A stretch of 64,000 nt of DNA, from contig NC_068985.1 of the NCBI RefSeq assembly GCF_001194135.2, positions 122,094,759 through 122,158,758 on the forward strand, written 5' to 3'. The notes under the pieces are model-generated. The model ran no database searches and had not been told where the DNA came from. It was given only the letters and a program-made list of their open reading frames with translations. Made by a program: the position numbers and the translations under genes. This DNA is from Octopus bimaculoides (Eukaryota). Shown here piece by piece: positions 28,354-39,779 of the stretch; position 1 is the first letter of the stretch; the number at the start of each line of letters is the position of its first letter.

Positions 28354-31300
28354 ATATACATATATATACAACAGACTTCATCCACTCACAAGACTTTGGT
28401 CGACCTGAGACTATAGCAGAAGACACTTACCGAATGGTGCCATGCAGTGGAACTGAACTCAGAATCATGTGGTCGGTAAGCAAGCTACTTACCACACAGC
28501 CACTTGTTTGAACAATACTAGTGCATCATCCTCTATTTTGTTTTGCACAATATTTTTTGGTGAGGAGGTGTAACATCCAATTTTTATTTTGGTTTCTTTA
28601 AAATTACAAAATTACATGTGCATGCACGCACACACATGCGCGCACATGCACGCGCGCACACACACACACACACGCACACACGCACACACACACACGCGCA
28701 CACACACACACACACCAAGGGGAATATTGATAAATCTATAACTTTGTATATTGCTTTAAATCATACAGCTGTTAACCAACTGAAATGTTATATCATTTGT
28801 GTAATGAGTTTTTGACTGATATCTTTTTTAAAGTTTAAATATGGACACTTTAATATGAGCATTCTCAGGCAGCTTGACATTAAAAGGATTAAACAAACTC
28901 AAGATGGCATAATTCAAAGAGAAACATGAAGAAAGAATGTGTGACAAAATTTAATATTTTCTAACTCATGTATGAATTACTTACACAAATTTTCAGAGAA
29001 GCTTCTTTGATTTTCTCCATTTTCGCCTCAGATATACCTTTTATTGCACACATCTTCTTTCTGGTTGTCATATGTATACCCTAAACAATATTTAAAATGA
29101 TATATTATCAAATGTTTAGCATTCATACACGGCATAAATTCCAATAGAAGGATTGAAATCAAGATAAATAGAAAGGAAAAAATTGAGAGACAACCAAAGA
29201 ATCAAACGAAGAACATAATAAGTTAGAGGTTAATAATGCACATAGATTTCTTCAGGCATGTGTGTGTATAGATAGATGTATGTAAATTGCTAAGCTTCAA
29301 CCTTTTAGCATTTAAACTGGCCATATCCATCCAAAATATTCTCCCTATTTTATATTCAAACAAGCCAGATCCAGCATCTCACACTTATCTTACGGTGTCA
29401 TTCTAAAAATAAACATATATATATATATATATATATTACAGCTGTCCATCAATGTTGACAATGACGTTGTCCTCTAGGAGTCTTATCTTACATTTTATGA
29501 GTTGATAGACGTGAAAACAGTCTGATCCTGGAATGGCATGTCATTGAACACAGATGACAAAGGAAGTTGCCCATTATGTTATTGGTGAGTCTGAGATGAC
29601 GTTGACATCTCTTATCCTCAAGTTTCTAACATCAGATTAGTTCAAAGTGTGTAGCTCCTTTGCCATAGAGGGAACACCAGGTTTGCCAGTTCTCAGCAAA
29701 GTGTTCAAGTTGTGCTTGTTGAATGTTGCAGGAGATGAAGACAAGCTTAGGATGGTTGCTGAACCTCTTCTTGGGTCCCTCATACAGGTGAACACTGGTT
29801 GATAGCTCTCCAAAGAAGACCATTGTCAGGAGATGATTATCAAGTATCTTGATATATACATACATACTGCATTCTGGTCCACAGAAGCTTGTCTCTTTTC
29901 ATTGCTATTGCAAAGGCCCCTATTCCTATTCCTATCCCTAGGAATTAGCTGGTTGAACATTACTTTCATCCAGATCCATCTAACACAACTGTCTCTGCTC
30001 CACTCACAACTGCCACTGTCTATCCTGTCAATCATTGCTCTCGCTAACCATTAATACCAATCCTTTCTTTCCAGATATCAATCCTGACAAATTCATTCTC
30101 CATTCATGTTTTTCTTGCAGATATCACCTTGTAGACATTCAAGCAACCTCTTCTTCTTTCTTCTCTTCCTGCAATAAAATTGTTGTTGTATTACCCATAC
30201 CAACCATAAATCAGCAGACCTGTTACCAAAAACATTCAAGTTGTGAGTATTTCATTTCTTAGGCATATGACTATGTTAACCAATGTGTTGCTCCTTATTT
30301 CAGGATAGTACAGTATGATCTGATGGAGATATGACTACTATTTCTAGCAGGTTGAACAATTCCCTCGTTGCTTTGTGAGTACATTTGTATGGGCTAATTT
30401 TGCATGTTAATGAATTCATTAAGAATAAGCTAATTATTGAGTTTTCTGCTTACCCTGATGGTGCATATTCCTGATTGTTTTAACTTCTTAATATCAGCTG
30501 CATTCTATAAAAGTTGCAAGGGTACACTTCAAATTAATACAAAATTAACAAAAGATTCTGTTGTTAATAGAACTGCTAAAATATGGAGAGGAATATTAGC
30601 AGTAGATTTCAATATTACCATATTTAATAAATAACATTATATCATATTATCTATATACATAAAATTCAAAGTTTGGCTCAATTACTAGGACAATGAATAA
30701 AATGCTTTGTCTCATTATTAAGTTACATCCTATTACTTTTTGAGTTCAAATCTAGCCAAAGTTGATATACCCTTCCATTTTTTCAAAGTTGGTAAAATAG
30801 GATCAGACAACTGGTGTAATATGTAATCAACCATTCTCCTCTCTTTATGGCTATGTATCTACATTAGAAATCAATATTTACTGCAAGAAGGTGAGTACCA
30901 TACAATACAAATGTCACTTCTAAATCCAAATTTGTGACATAATTTTGATCTGTAATTGATGTCAAATCATTTCATTTACATTGATATTAGGAAAGATATG
31001 GACAACACATTACTCTATTTTCCCTATCACCAAAAACAAACATTTGTTTCTGTAAGATATCAATATTCAGAACTGAATGTTAGTGGAAATAGTCCACCAA
31101 TGGCATGCTTTAATGCATCTAGTTTGAAATCTCATTATTCAGAATTCAAATACCATCACAATTGTTTTTACCTGCCATCCTTTTGAACGAAATCCAATCA
31201 ATCCTTCTCTAGGTTGCTATATAGTAAAGCATATCAATATCACTACTGAAATTCGAGGTGTATGTAAAAAGTTTATTAAAATAAGATAATTCAGATTCCT

Positions 31301-33185
31301 CTTTAATATTTTCATTGTCTTTGTTATTTAATGTCAAAAATTCATTTCATTTAAAATTTAAAAACACAAGACCACTATTAAGTATATACTCACAATTCCG
31401 TGATTCTGTAATTGTTCAATATCTTGAAAAAATGAGTCCTGAAAATATAAATTACTTTCCAATTAACAAAAAATTGTAATTAATAAAAACAAAAAAATTA
31501 GGAATGGAAGGTGCAGGTCCCAGTGATTAGAGTGTTTGGGTCAGACTGTGGTTTCAATTCCTGAACCAGGAAACACATAGTGTATTCAAGCTAGTGTCTT
31601 CATTTCAAGTTGCTTCTCACTTGTAATGAATACCAGCCCATTCATCCTTCAGCTATTACATCTTGTATGTTTTGTTGGGTCAAGGGTGAGGGAGCAAGAG
31701 GCTGTCTGTATCTGTTTGCAGCTATATAAGCACCTAAAACAATTAATGAAAGCATGGTATATGTTGCCAAGTCATATTCGTTCATGAGTGATAGCTGGCC
31801 ATCCTGTACTATTTAAGAGCTGAAAGCCAAATAATAATTATAATCTAAATGTAAAATTGTTAGACACAGTGATTTTTTTTCTGCTCTATAGTGACTTAGA
31901 ATAATACATTATTCAATCTAAGGAGGTCACATCTTCCACCAGTCTCAAAGATCCCTACAAAAACTTACACATGATATTTCTTGTCCTTGACTTAAGCCAT
32001 ATAAATAAATACAAATAAATATAAAGCAAAATAACAATTTCTTCAACCTACGACCCAATGGTTAACTTTGAAAACTAATATAAAATAATATTCTAAATTA
32101 AAATATCATTTTTTTTGTCTTTAATTAAAGTGAAAAGAAGGGGGGCAATTTGTAGACTTTGATATAAAATTTTTTTAAATCAGAATGAAGCTGCATAATA
32201 TATTTTTATATCCACTAATCTTATACTATTTTTTTATTATTATTATTTTTTCTGTTATTAAGGCAGAGAGCTGGCAGGATCATTAGCACCCTGGACAAAA
32301 TGCTTAGCAGCATTTTATCTGTCTTTACATTCTTCTGAGTTCGAATTCTGCCAAGGTTGACTTTGCATTTCCTGCTTTTTGGGTCAATAAAATAAGTACC
32401 AATTGAACACTGAAGTCAATGTAATCACTTCCTTCTCTATCCTCACTTTGCTTTTCAAAGGAAACTTGAAAAAGTTGATGGGCACTGGGCCAAAGTGGAA
32501 AGTGTTTGACATCAGCCCTTTCAATTGGGTTCACCATATTATCTCTCTTGCTACAGCCACCAGACAGATAAACACTGCCTGTCCTTCCTCACCAAAGGAA
32601 GGTGACAGGACAATCTTCACAATGGATTCAAGTGATAGCCAAAGCCATCTTACACGTGACAGGTGTTTAACATAACTCCACATGTCAGCAATGCTCAAGC
32701 ACTGGACAAATGCATGTTGAACAGTTTTGTTGCTCTGTATGTATCTCAGGTAGGCTTGACTAATGGCACTTTCATGCCTGTAGAGCTTATCTTGAACTGG
32801 TAATGCCCTCCTAGTGGCACTGCCAAGTAAGGGATTTCTGGAAATTATCCATGCATCTGTATGCATACATACATACATAGACAGACTGTCAGACAAACAG
32901 GCAGACACACATATATGCACACACACACACAGAAGAAAAAGAAGAAGAAGAAGAAGAAGAAGAAGAAGAAGAAGAAGAAGAAGAAGAAGAAGAAGAAGAA
33001 GAAGACGAAGAAGAAGAAGAAGAAGAAGAAGAAGAAGATAATAATGATGGTGTGTGTGTGTGTGATAACTCTGATAGATATTCAAATGTAAAAACACACA
33101 AGATGCTACTTGTGACAGTCTTGACACATACCTCATCTTCTTCAGACTCCAAATCATCAGGAGCAACAACTTGCTCAGCAGCCAT
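11851..33185 (-). CDS. DMC1: Meiotic recombinase DMC1 (341 aa, 13 coding exons)
   Basis: Exons (minus strand): 33185-33132, 31438-31394, 30504-30454, 29080-28985, 24656-24574, 23753-23659, 21397-21325, 20780-20689, 19356-19283, 17686-17572, 15583-15523, 12723-12607, 11920-11851 (TAG). They sum to 1026 nt with all phases compatible and GT-AG introns. Motifs: GFFTA (FxxA), Walker A GEFRTGKT, Walker B LMVVD, and DMC1-type loops [12 protein letters not shown] and TADPGA (RAD51 has RQMHL at the first position). Confidence 0.97.
14428..15211 (+). mobile_element. RTE LINE, 5'-truncated (RT C-terminus, 3'UTR and (GAT)n tail), spans an N-gap
   Basis: The [11 protein letters not shown]...[12 protein letters not shown]...GRGRPRKTW is the standard RTE RT C-terminus; the tail is AAACGATGATGATGATG. 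Confidence 0.88.
16302..16832 (+). mobile_element. RTE LINE 3' fragment
   Basis: Near-identical to the 14680-15211 sequence; ends in (GAT)n. Confidence 0.85.
17111..17310 (-). mobile_element. tRNA-derived SINE, family B
   Basis: Matches 32265-32415(+), 57830-57960(-) and 58720-58835(-), with a shared GAATTTGAACTCAGAA / TTGACCT...ATGAAAG core. Confidence 0.65.
22408..22478. repeat. Compound (TAG)n(CAG)n microsatellite
   Basis: Read directly from the sequence. Confidence 0.9.
22950..23330 (+). mobile_element. Degenerate RTE-like LINE 3' remnant
   Basis: The translation [19 protein letters not shown]...GQPH resembles the QLRL(F/Y)GHVAR...DP...GRP end of RTE RT. Confidence 0.5.
25177..25544 (-). 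mobile_element. Probable solo LTR (about 288 bp after removing an assembly duplication)
   Basis: GC-rich island in an AT-rich intron, bounded by TGTGGTGT (25177) and ATACCACA (25544), i.e. TG...CA inverted ends. Flanks GGATT / GTATT match 4 of 5 as a candidate TSD. Strand is assigned from the motif and splice-donor orientation. Confidence 0.6.
26130..26995 (-). mobile_element. RTE (BovB-like) LINE derivative, apparently internally deleted
   Basis: The minus strand gives [16 protein letters not shown]...HFED...[16 protein letters not shown] (RT C-terminus and C-terminal Cys motif), preceded directly by about 200 bp of GC-rich non-RT sequence. An older related copy lies at about 29450-30050(-). 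Confidence 0.7.
27049..27319 (+). mobile_element. RTE 3'UTR fragment
   Basis: Matches 16460-16740; ends at the contig edge. Confidence 0.75.
32420..32830 (-). mobile_element. Degenerate L1/Tx1-like LINE ORF2 C-terminus
   Basis: The translation [22 protein letters not shown]...ESIVKIV...[15 protein letters not shown]...[17 protein letters not shown] resembles the zf-RVT-type C-terminus. It contains stop codons. Confidence 0.55.
32932..33038. repeat. (GAA)n microsatellite, about 35 units with one GAC interruption
   Basis: Read directly from the sequence; about 95 bp into the DMC1 intron following the first coding exon. Confidence 0.98.
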
Positions 33186-36100
33186 AACCTTTAATGGAAC
33201 TATTATAGTTTAAGATTAGAATGAAGCCAATTAAACACTGCTCATACATCAATATACATATCAAGAAAACAACAGTTTACCTTCTCCTCTGCAAAACATG
33301 AACAACATGCCACTAGAACACAAGAATGTCAATGTTGGTGAAAACACCAAGCATCAGCATTTCTCTTCTGGCATGTTCACAAGTAAGAGCCACAATGGAA
33401 TACTGCTCTCACAGCTGAGACAGTGATGCTTCTACACATACAAACATACTAGCCCACACCCTGCTCCCAATAGCATTCATTTATCAGGTATTAGAAGGCA
33501 AGCCATTAAAAGGTCTGGTTCACATCAGTCTTGACTGAAAAGAGTAAAAAATTTCAGCACATCAAGAAGAGCATCAAGCATATGGACCTCACCAGTCATG
33601 GAAGGTCTGTGAAGTGAATAATTACAATCTCCTCTTTCAGACCAATCCATTAAATATATATATATATAAAAAAAAAAAAATAACATAGCATTCTGAATAA
33701 AATCTCTGAATACTTTGTAAAACAGTTCTATGATCGTCCATGTCTGATGAAAATTTTAGTATATTAATTTTCATGAAGGGCAACATGAATCTCATCAACA
33801 AAATGGAAAACAAGAGGAAAAACTAAATTATGTACATATCATGTTTTTAATTTTTTTAAAAATCTTTTTACAGCCATTTTATCAATAAACTTCTTTTAGT
33901 TTAATACTAATATTGTGTTTCATTNNNNNNNNNNNNNNNNNNNNNNNNNNNNNNNNNNNNNNNNNNNNNNNNNNNNNNNNNNNNNNNNNNNNNNNNNNNN
34001 NNNNNNNNNNNNNNNNNNNNNNNNNNNNNNNNNNNNNNNNNNNNNNNNNNNNNNNNNNNNNNNNNNNNNNNNNNNNNNNNNNNNNNNNNNNNNNNNNNNN
34101 NNNNNNNNNNNNNNNNNNNNNNNNNNNNNNNNNNNNNNNNNNNNNNNNNNNNNNNNNNNNNNNNNNNNNNNNNNNNNNNNNNNNNNNNNNNNNNNNNNNN
34201 NNNNNNNNNNNNNNNNNNNNNNNNNNNNNNNNNNNNNNNNNNNNNNNNNNNNNNNNNNNNNNNNNNNNNNNNNNNNNNNNNNNNNNNNNNNNNNNNNNNN
34301 NNNNNNNNNNNNNNNNNNNNNNNNNNNNNNNNNNNNNNNNNNNNNNNNNNNNNNNNNNNNNNNNNNNNNNNNNNNNNNNNNNNNNNNNNNNNNNNNNNNN
34401 NNNNNNNNNNNNNNNNNNNNNNNNNNNNNNNNNNNNNNNNNNNNNNNNNNNNNNNNNNNNNNNNNNNNNNNNNNNNNNNNNATAACCTGGAAAAGAAAAA
34501 AAGACCCGTGAAACAAAACTTACATGATGTGAACCTTTGAGGTCCCCACCACCCCTCCCACCCTTCTTTTCTGGAAAAAAGTGGCTTGCGGCAGGTTTGG
34601 AGGTCAAATATGTTGAATGCACCCCAAACAAAACTGTGGAAAAAAATTATTCCACACCAAGGTATGAAATATTTACCGAAAGAATAAAAATCTTGTACTG
34701 ATTATACCTGGATTCTAATTAATTCAAATTAATGTACCTCACCTTGAAAAGTGGCAAAATTTTTGTCAGTTGCCATCTGGGATAATTTTAGTAACAAATC
34801 AAACAGGTAAGATGCATTAAGAATTTCAATTTTAGTGTTTCTCCATAATATTATTGCTTTTACACCTGTTAATTAAATTTACTTGCCCATAAAAGTCAAA
34901 TTTACTTAGCAAGATCAACTAAAATTACATAACAATAAACCAGTGGTATTTAAAGCACCCACTGACAAAATTTCAAATCTGTATGTAAAAACTTGCAAAG
35001 TTACAAGCAAATATTGTGTACACCCTTTTTGAACCTGAATAATTCAAAATAACATGTATCACATTTGACAGATTAATATGAACACTGAAGATGGTTTTAG
35101 GTGTTTTTTTACTTACACACGCACATAGCAACCTCATTCAGTTGGGACTATACGTGTGTTACTTTGACATCATCATTCCATAAAATTTGTTTATGGGGAG
35201 AAAAATATTGAAAAATATCAATAAATGTGTGAGTGAGAAAGAAACGAGGGAGGTTAAATCACACATTTTCCTCTGAAATTATTAACAATTTTTTTTTAAA
35301 CCGAAAATATTTCTCTCACAGATCTTACGTGTGTAGTGAAAAAAAAAATGTCCAAAATAGTTTCAGACTGAGGTAGTGAGAGTGAAATTTTTTTTTTTGT
35401 GTGTGTGTGTGAAAAGATGTCTCCCATCATTCTGAAGACTTTGGTGAAAAANNNNNNNNNNNNNNNNNNNNNNNNNNNNNNNNNNNNNNNNNNNNNNNNN
35501 NNNNNNNNNNNNNNNNNNNNNNNNNNNNNNNNNNNNNNNNNNNNNNNNNNNNNNNNNNNNNNNNNNNNNNNNNNNNNNNNNNNNNNNNNNNNNNNNNNNN
35601 NNNNNNNNNNNNNNNNNNNNNNNNNNNNNNNNNNNNNNNNNNNNNNNNNNNNNNNNNNNNNNNNNNNNNNNNNNNNNNNNNNNNNNNNNNNNNNNNNNNN
35701 NNNNNNNNNNNNNNNNNNNNNNNNNNNNNNNNNNNNNNNNNNNNNNNNNNNNNNNNNNNNNNNNNNNNNNNNNNNNNNNNNNNNNNNNNNNNNNNNNNNN
35801 NNNNNNNNNNNNNNNNNNNNNNNNNNNNNNNNNNNNNNNNNNNNNNNNNNNNNNNNNNNNNNNNNNNNNNNNNNNNNNNNNNNNNNNNNNNNNNNNNNNN
35901 NNNNNNNNNNNNNNNNNNNNNNNNNNNNNNNNNNNNNNNNNNNNNNNNNNNNNNNNNNNNNNNNNNNNNNNNNNNNNNNNNNNNNNNNNNNNNNNNNNNN
36001 NNNNNNNNNNNNNNNNNNNNNNNNNNNNNNNNNNNNNNNNNNNNNNNNNNNNNNNNNNNNNNNNNNNNNNNNNNNNNNNNNNNNNNNNNNNNNNNNNNNN

Positions 36101-36894
36101 NNNNNNNNNNNNNNNNNNNNNNNNNNNNNNNNNNNNNNNNNNNNNNNNNNNNNNNNNNNNNNNNNNNNNNNNNNNNNNNNNNNNNNNNNNNNNNNNNNNN
36201 NNNNNNNNNATATATATGTATGTAGAAGGTTGAAAAGCAAGTCCTCGAAAACTTTTTCTGTTCCATCCTGACAGTAGACCGTCTGCTTATCGTTTATTGC
36301 ATATTATATTGTATTTCAAACCATTTAAGCGAATTTACTACCAAGTTTCAATTACCGGTTGTAACTGTTCTATTTTACCGTAACACCCGTTTTATCTTTT
36401 AAATAAGCACCAACACCACACAACCTCTACCATTTTTCTTTCCTGTCCTTCCAGCTTTTACATCTCGTACCGTTTTTACCCCTTAGTTGGTCAGTTAGGC
36501 TATGAAGTTGTAATGTGCTTCAGTAGAAACGTCAACTGGTGCACAGCCTATCTTGTAAGGGATCAAAATTCAAGTCAATCTCGGCATAAATAACACGAGG
36601 CACTACATTTGTTTGGCCATCCCTCCTTTAATGCAAGACCGATGATGATTAATGATCTTCACTGATTACTAGAATCATTCTATTCCTTTCCAACCCATTG
36701 ATGTGTATGGTTGACTCATTGAACGAGTCAGCCCAGCTTAGTTCACTTAAATTAACACACTCATGGCATTCCTATAAGCTGGAGTAAAAGAAAATTACCT
36801 CGTGCACCAAAATCGCAATTTCTTCGAATGTGCGTGTTTAAAGTGTCGTAGATTATGATTCTGCAATACGCGCGTGCGTGCGTGAACTTATATA

Positions 36895-37097
36895 TACTCT
36901 TCTACTTGTTTCAGTCATTTGACTGCAGCTATGCTGGAACACCGCCTTTAGTCGAGCAAATCGACCCCAGGACTTATTCTTTGGAAGCCTAGTACTTATT
37001 CTATCGGTCTCTTTTGCCGAACCGCTAAGTTACGGGGACGTAAACACACCAGCATCGGTTGTCAAGCGATGTTGGGGGGACAAACACTGACACACAA

Positions 37098-37148
<51 letters not shown>

Positions 37149-37278
37149 TACGACAGGCTTCTTTCAGTTTCCGTCTACCAAATCCACTCACAAGGCTTTG
37201 GTTGGCCCGAGGCTATAGTAGAAGACATTTGCCCAAGGTGCCACGCAGTGGGACTGAACCCGGAACCATGTGGTTGGT
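36895..37278 (-). mobile_element. tRNA-derived SINE, family A, well preserved
   Basis: Reverse complement of the 1151-1546 copy, with CpGs retained. Confidence 0.85.
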
Positions 37279-37799
37279 GTGAATGTATGAATATATGTGT
37301 AAATTACTGGCGCATTAACAGAGTTTTGGTTTGTTAGCATGCCTTTTTTCCAAAATATATCTATCGGTTTTTAGCCAACGCTTTGTGTGATAGACACACG
37401 TAAACATCGTGATTATATACGTTATTTTCGTGGACAGAAAAATACTAGCTATGATACAAAAAGTATAGCACATGTATGTATGTATGTGTGTATTTGTGTG
37501 CGTCCATAATAAAGAAATCTTGACAGAAAGAAAAATAATTAATCTTGCAAAATACCAATTGACTAAAAACAGACGACATAATTCAAAGCTGTCTGTTAAA
37601 TTGAAGATTGTTTATGTTAGTATTTAAAGGGGGAAAAGTTATCATATGTCAATGAGTAGTTGAAAAGAAATAAATCATGGAATAAATTTGAAAATTTTAA
37701 ATACGAACGTTTTCGAGAATTGTTATTGAATTGTTATTCACTAAGCAACTGCTTTTGTTTTCCCCTCCAAATCGTGATCGTCTGCTACTTTGAAAGTAT

Positions 37800-37900
37800 A
37801 AACTTACGAAGTTATCGCTCTTTCGAACTGATGAGAAACATTTATAGAGTGCGCTCTCTGTTAATGCATTTGGTCATTGGTTCGCATCCCGCCAACAGGG
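37800..37900 (-). promoter_or_regulatory. Candidate DMC1 promoter and 5' non-coding exon
   Basis: On the minus strand, in order: TTGGCGGGA (E2F-type, 37895-37887), AACCAATGA (CCAAT), TATAAAT (37846-37840), then the donor TTC|GTAAGT at 37808/37807. The DMC1 ATG exon has an acceptor 3 nt upstream of the ATG (AG at 33190-33189), so an upstream exon is likely. Confidence 0.45.
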
Positions 37901-39779
37901 ATGAAGTATATCTTTTCGTAGTAACACTTCATTCGAATTGTCATTACATAAAGAATAAATGGATGTTGTTAAATTTCTTCCAACCACTTGAAGTTATTCT
38001 ATTTTTTTTTTAAGTATTTAAATTTTAAAAAACTAAATCCATTTTACTATGTTTTTGTTACACCATAAAATATTCTACATTAAAATATAAATCCAAAATC
38101 GAAGAAAAAAGGGGGAAAAAATGAAAAACATCAATTCAATATTAAGTACATTATTTGGTCGCACACTATAAGGTTCAACAGAGCTTATTGAAGCAAGCCA
38201 ACATGCTCACAACATTACTGAGGGCGAGGCTAAAGCGTTGGAATAGCCAAGCACCCTCACAGACGTCACTTGACCCCTTTGTAAAGCCTGCTGCTAACAA
38301 TGACAAGAACGTTGCAATCAGCAGCCCAAATCCTCCAAACGTCTATAGGGGTGTATGTGTTAGTAAAAGGTTACCCACTTTAGTAAAGGTGTTCTTGGAG
38401 AGGTTCTGTGAGTGAGCTTTTGAGAAGCATGTGTAATGGAATATCAGAAGGCATTTTTATACAAAACGTTTTAATTTATTGAAAGATAACAAGAGCTGAC
38501 AGCATAGCTGTTGTTTGTGCATGAGTCAGAGAAAGCTTTAAAACTTACGTTTGAAATATGGATTCAGTTGGAAGTCATTATAAGCTAACAGAAAAGTGAT
38601 GAAAATATACTGTTCATAATAAGGCTGAGTTGTGGGCTGATGGCATTCAGAAGTTCGGGGAACAAAGTTGGTATGAATGAAATAGGCCGTTCATGATTTT
38701 TCCCATTCCTATCTTTTCTCTCCTTCTTTTCTCTCTTTCTCCTCTCTCTTCTATCTACTCATTCACAACCCACTTCTGTCTATCTTGATGTCTGTCTTTC
38801 TCACTTTATATATATATACCCATGTGGACCATTTACATACTAACTAACCGCTTAATCCATTATTTCAACATGAATGCATCATTCAAAATACTGATTTACC
38901 TGGGATTATACCTAAGGGCTTATACCTTCACAGAAGTACAGACCAACTTCCATACCCACTGGAAAAAGATGAACTATGAACTTTATTCTCCTGTCTGAAT
39001 TCTTCTATCTACTTTTACTCTTTATTCTTCTATTTTATTCCTTATAAACTGTGAATTTTCCTGTCTAGAACTTTCATACAAACTCACCTTGTTTTTGATG
39101 ATGGAATATCCAGTGTATGGACATGTTAGCCTCTCACTTGGGATATCCCCAAAACAGCTACCCTAATTAAATTATTATGACTTGAGATACTCATCCTGCC
39201 TTGGTTTTTGTTATCCTTTTCCTCTAATATATAACTACTAACACAGAAGCCTAATTTGGATCCCTAGCTCCAGCCTCAGCTGCGAAATTGGAACCTAACG
39301 GATGACCAACTGTAGCACTTACTCAGCATACATATTAATTTAGATCACCAATGAACTAAACCCCTCATATTCTATATATATATATATAAACTGTGTTACA
39401 TTTTTGCCAGCGGTTGATTAAATTTGTTGACCTATTGGGTTTAAGAGGTGTAGTGGCGCGAAATTATGGCCGCCATTAAGGAAGTACAATCTACACATGC
39501 GCAAGGGACTTGCCTTCTCAGAAGCCCCTCGAGTGCACATGCATAGTAAAACCAGTACTTAAAGAGCTACTTTCGTTTTCTATCTCTCTTGAGTGCGATG
39601 CTTTCGACGTGACGAAGCTCTTAACCTTCCAATGCTGATTACAAGTCAACCAGCAGCTGCCAGGCTGAATAACACAGGATTTGTAAAACCAAGCATCACC
39701 AAAAATAAAACTTGTTTTTATTATGTTGTTAATTGTTCTACTGTTTCTTAATATATAATTTTGTTGAAAGGTGATAGAG

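Noticed and set aside
32814-33169. Poly-Arg, poly-Lys, poly-Leu and poly-Ser ORFs
   Set aside because: Translations of the (GAA)n microsatellite.
37826-37845. CTGATGAG...GAAA resembling a hammerhead ribozyme core
   Set aside because: No room for stem II between CUGAUGA and GAAA, and no flanking helices found.
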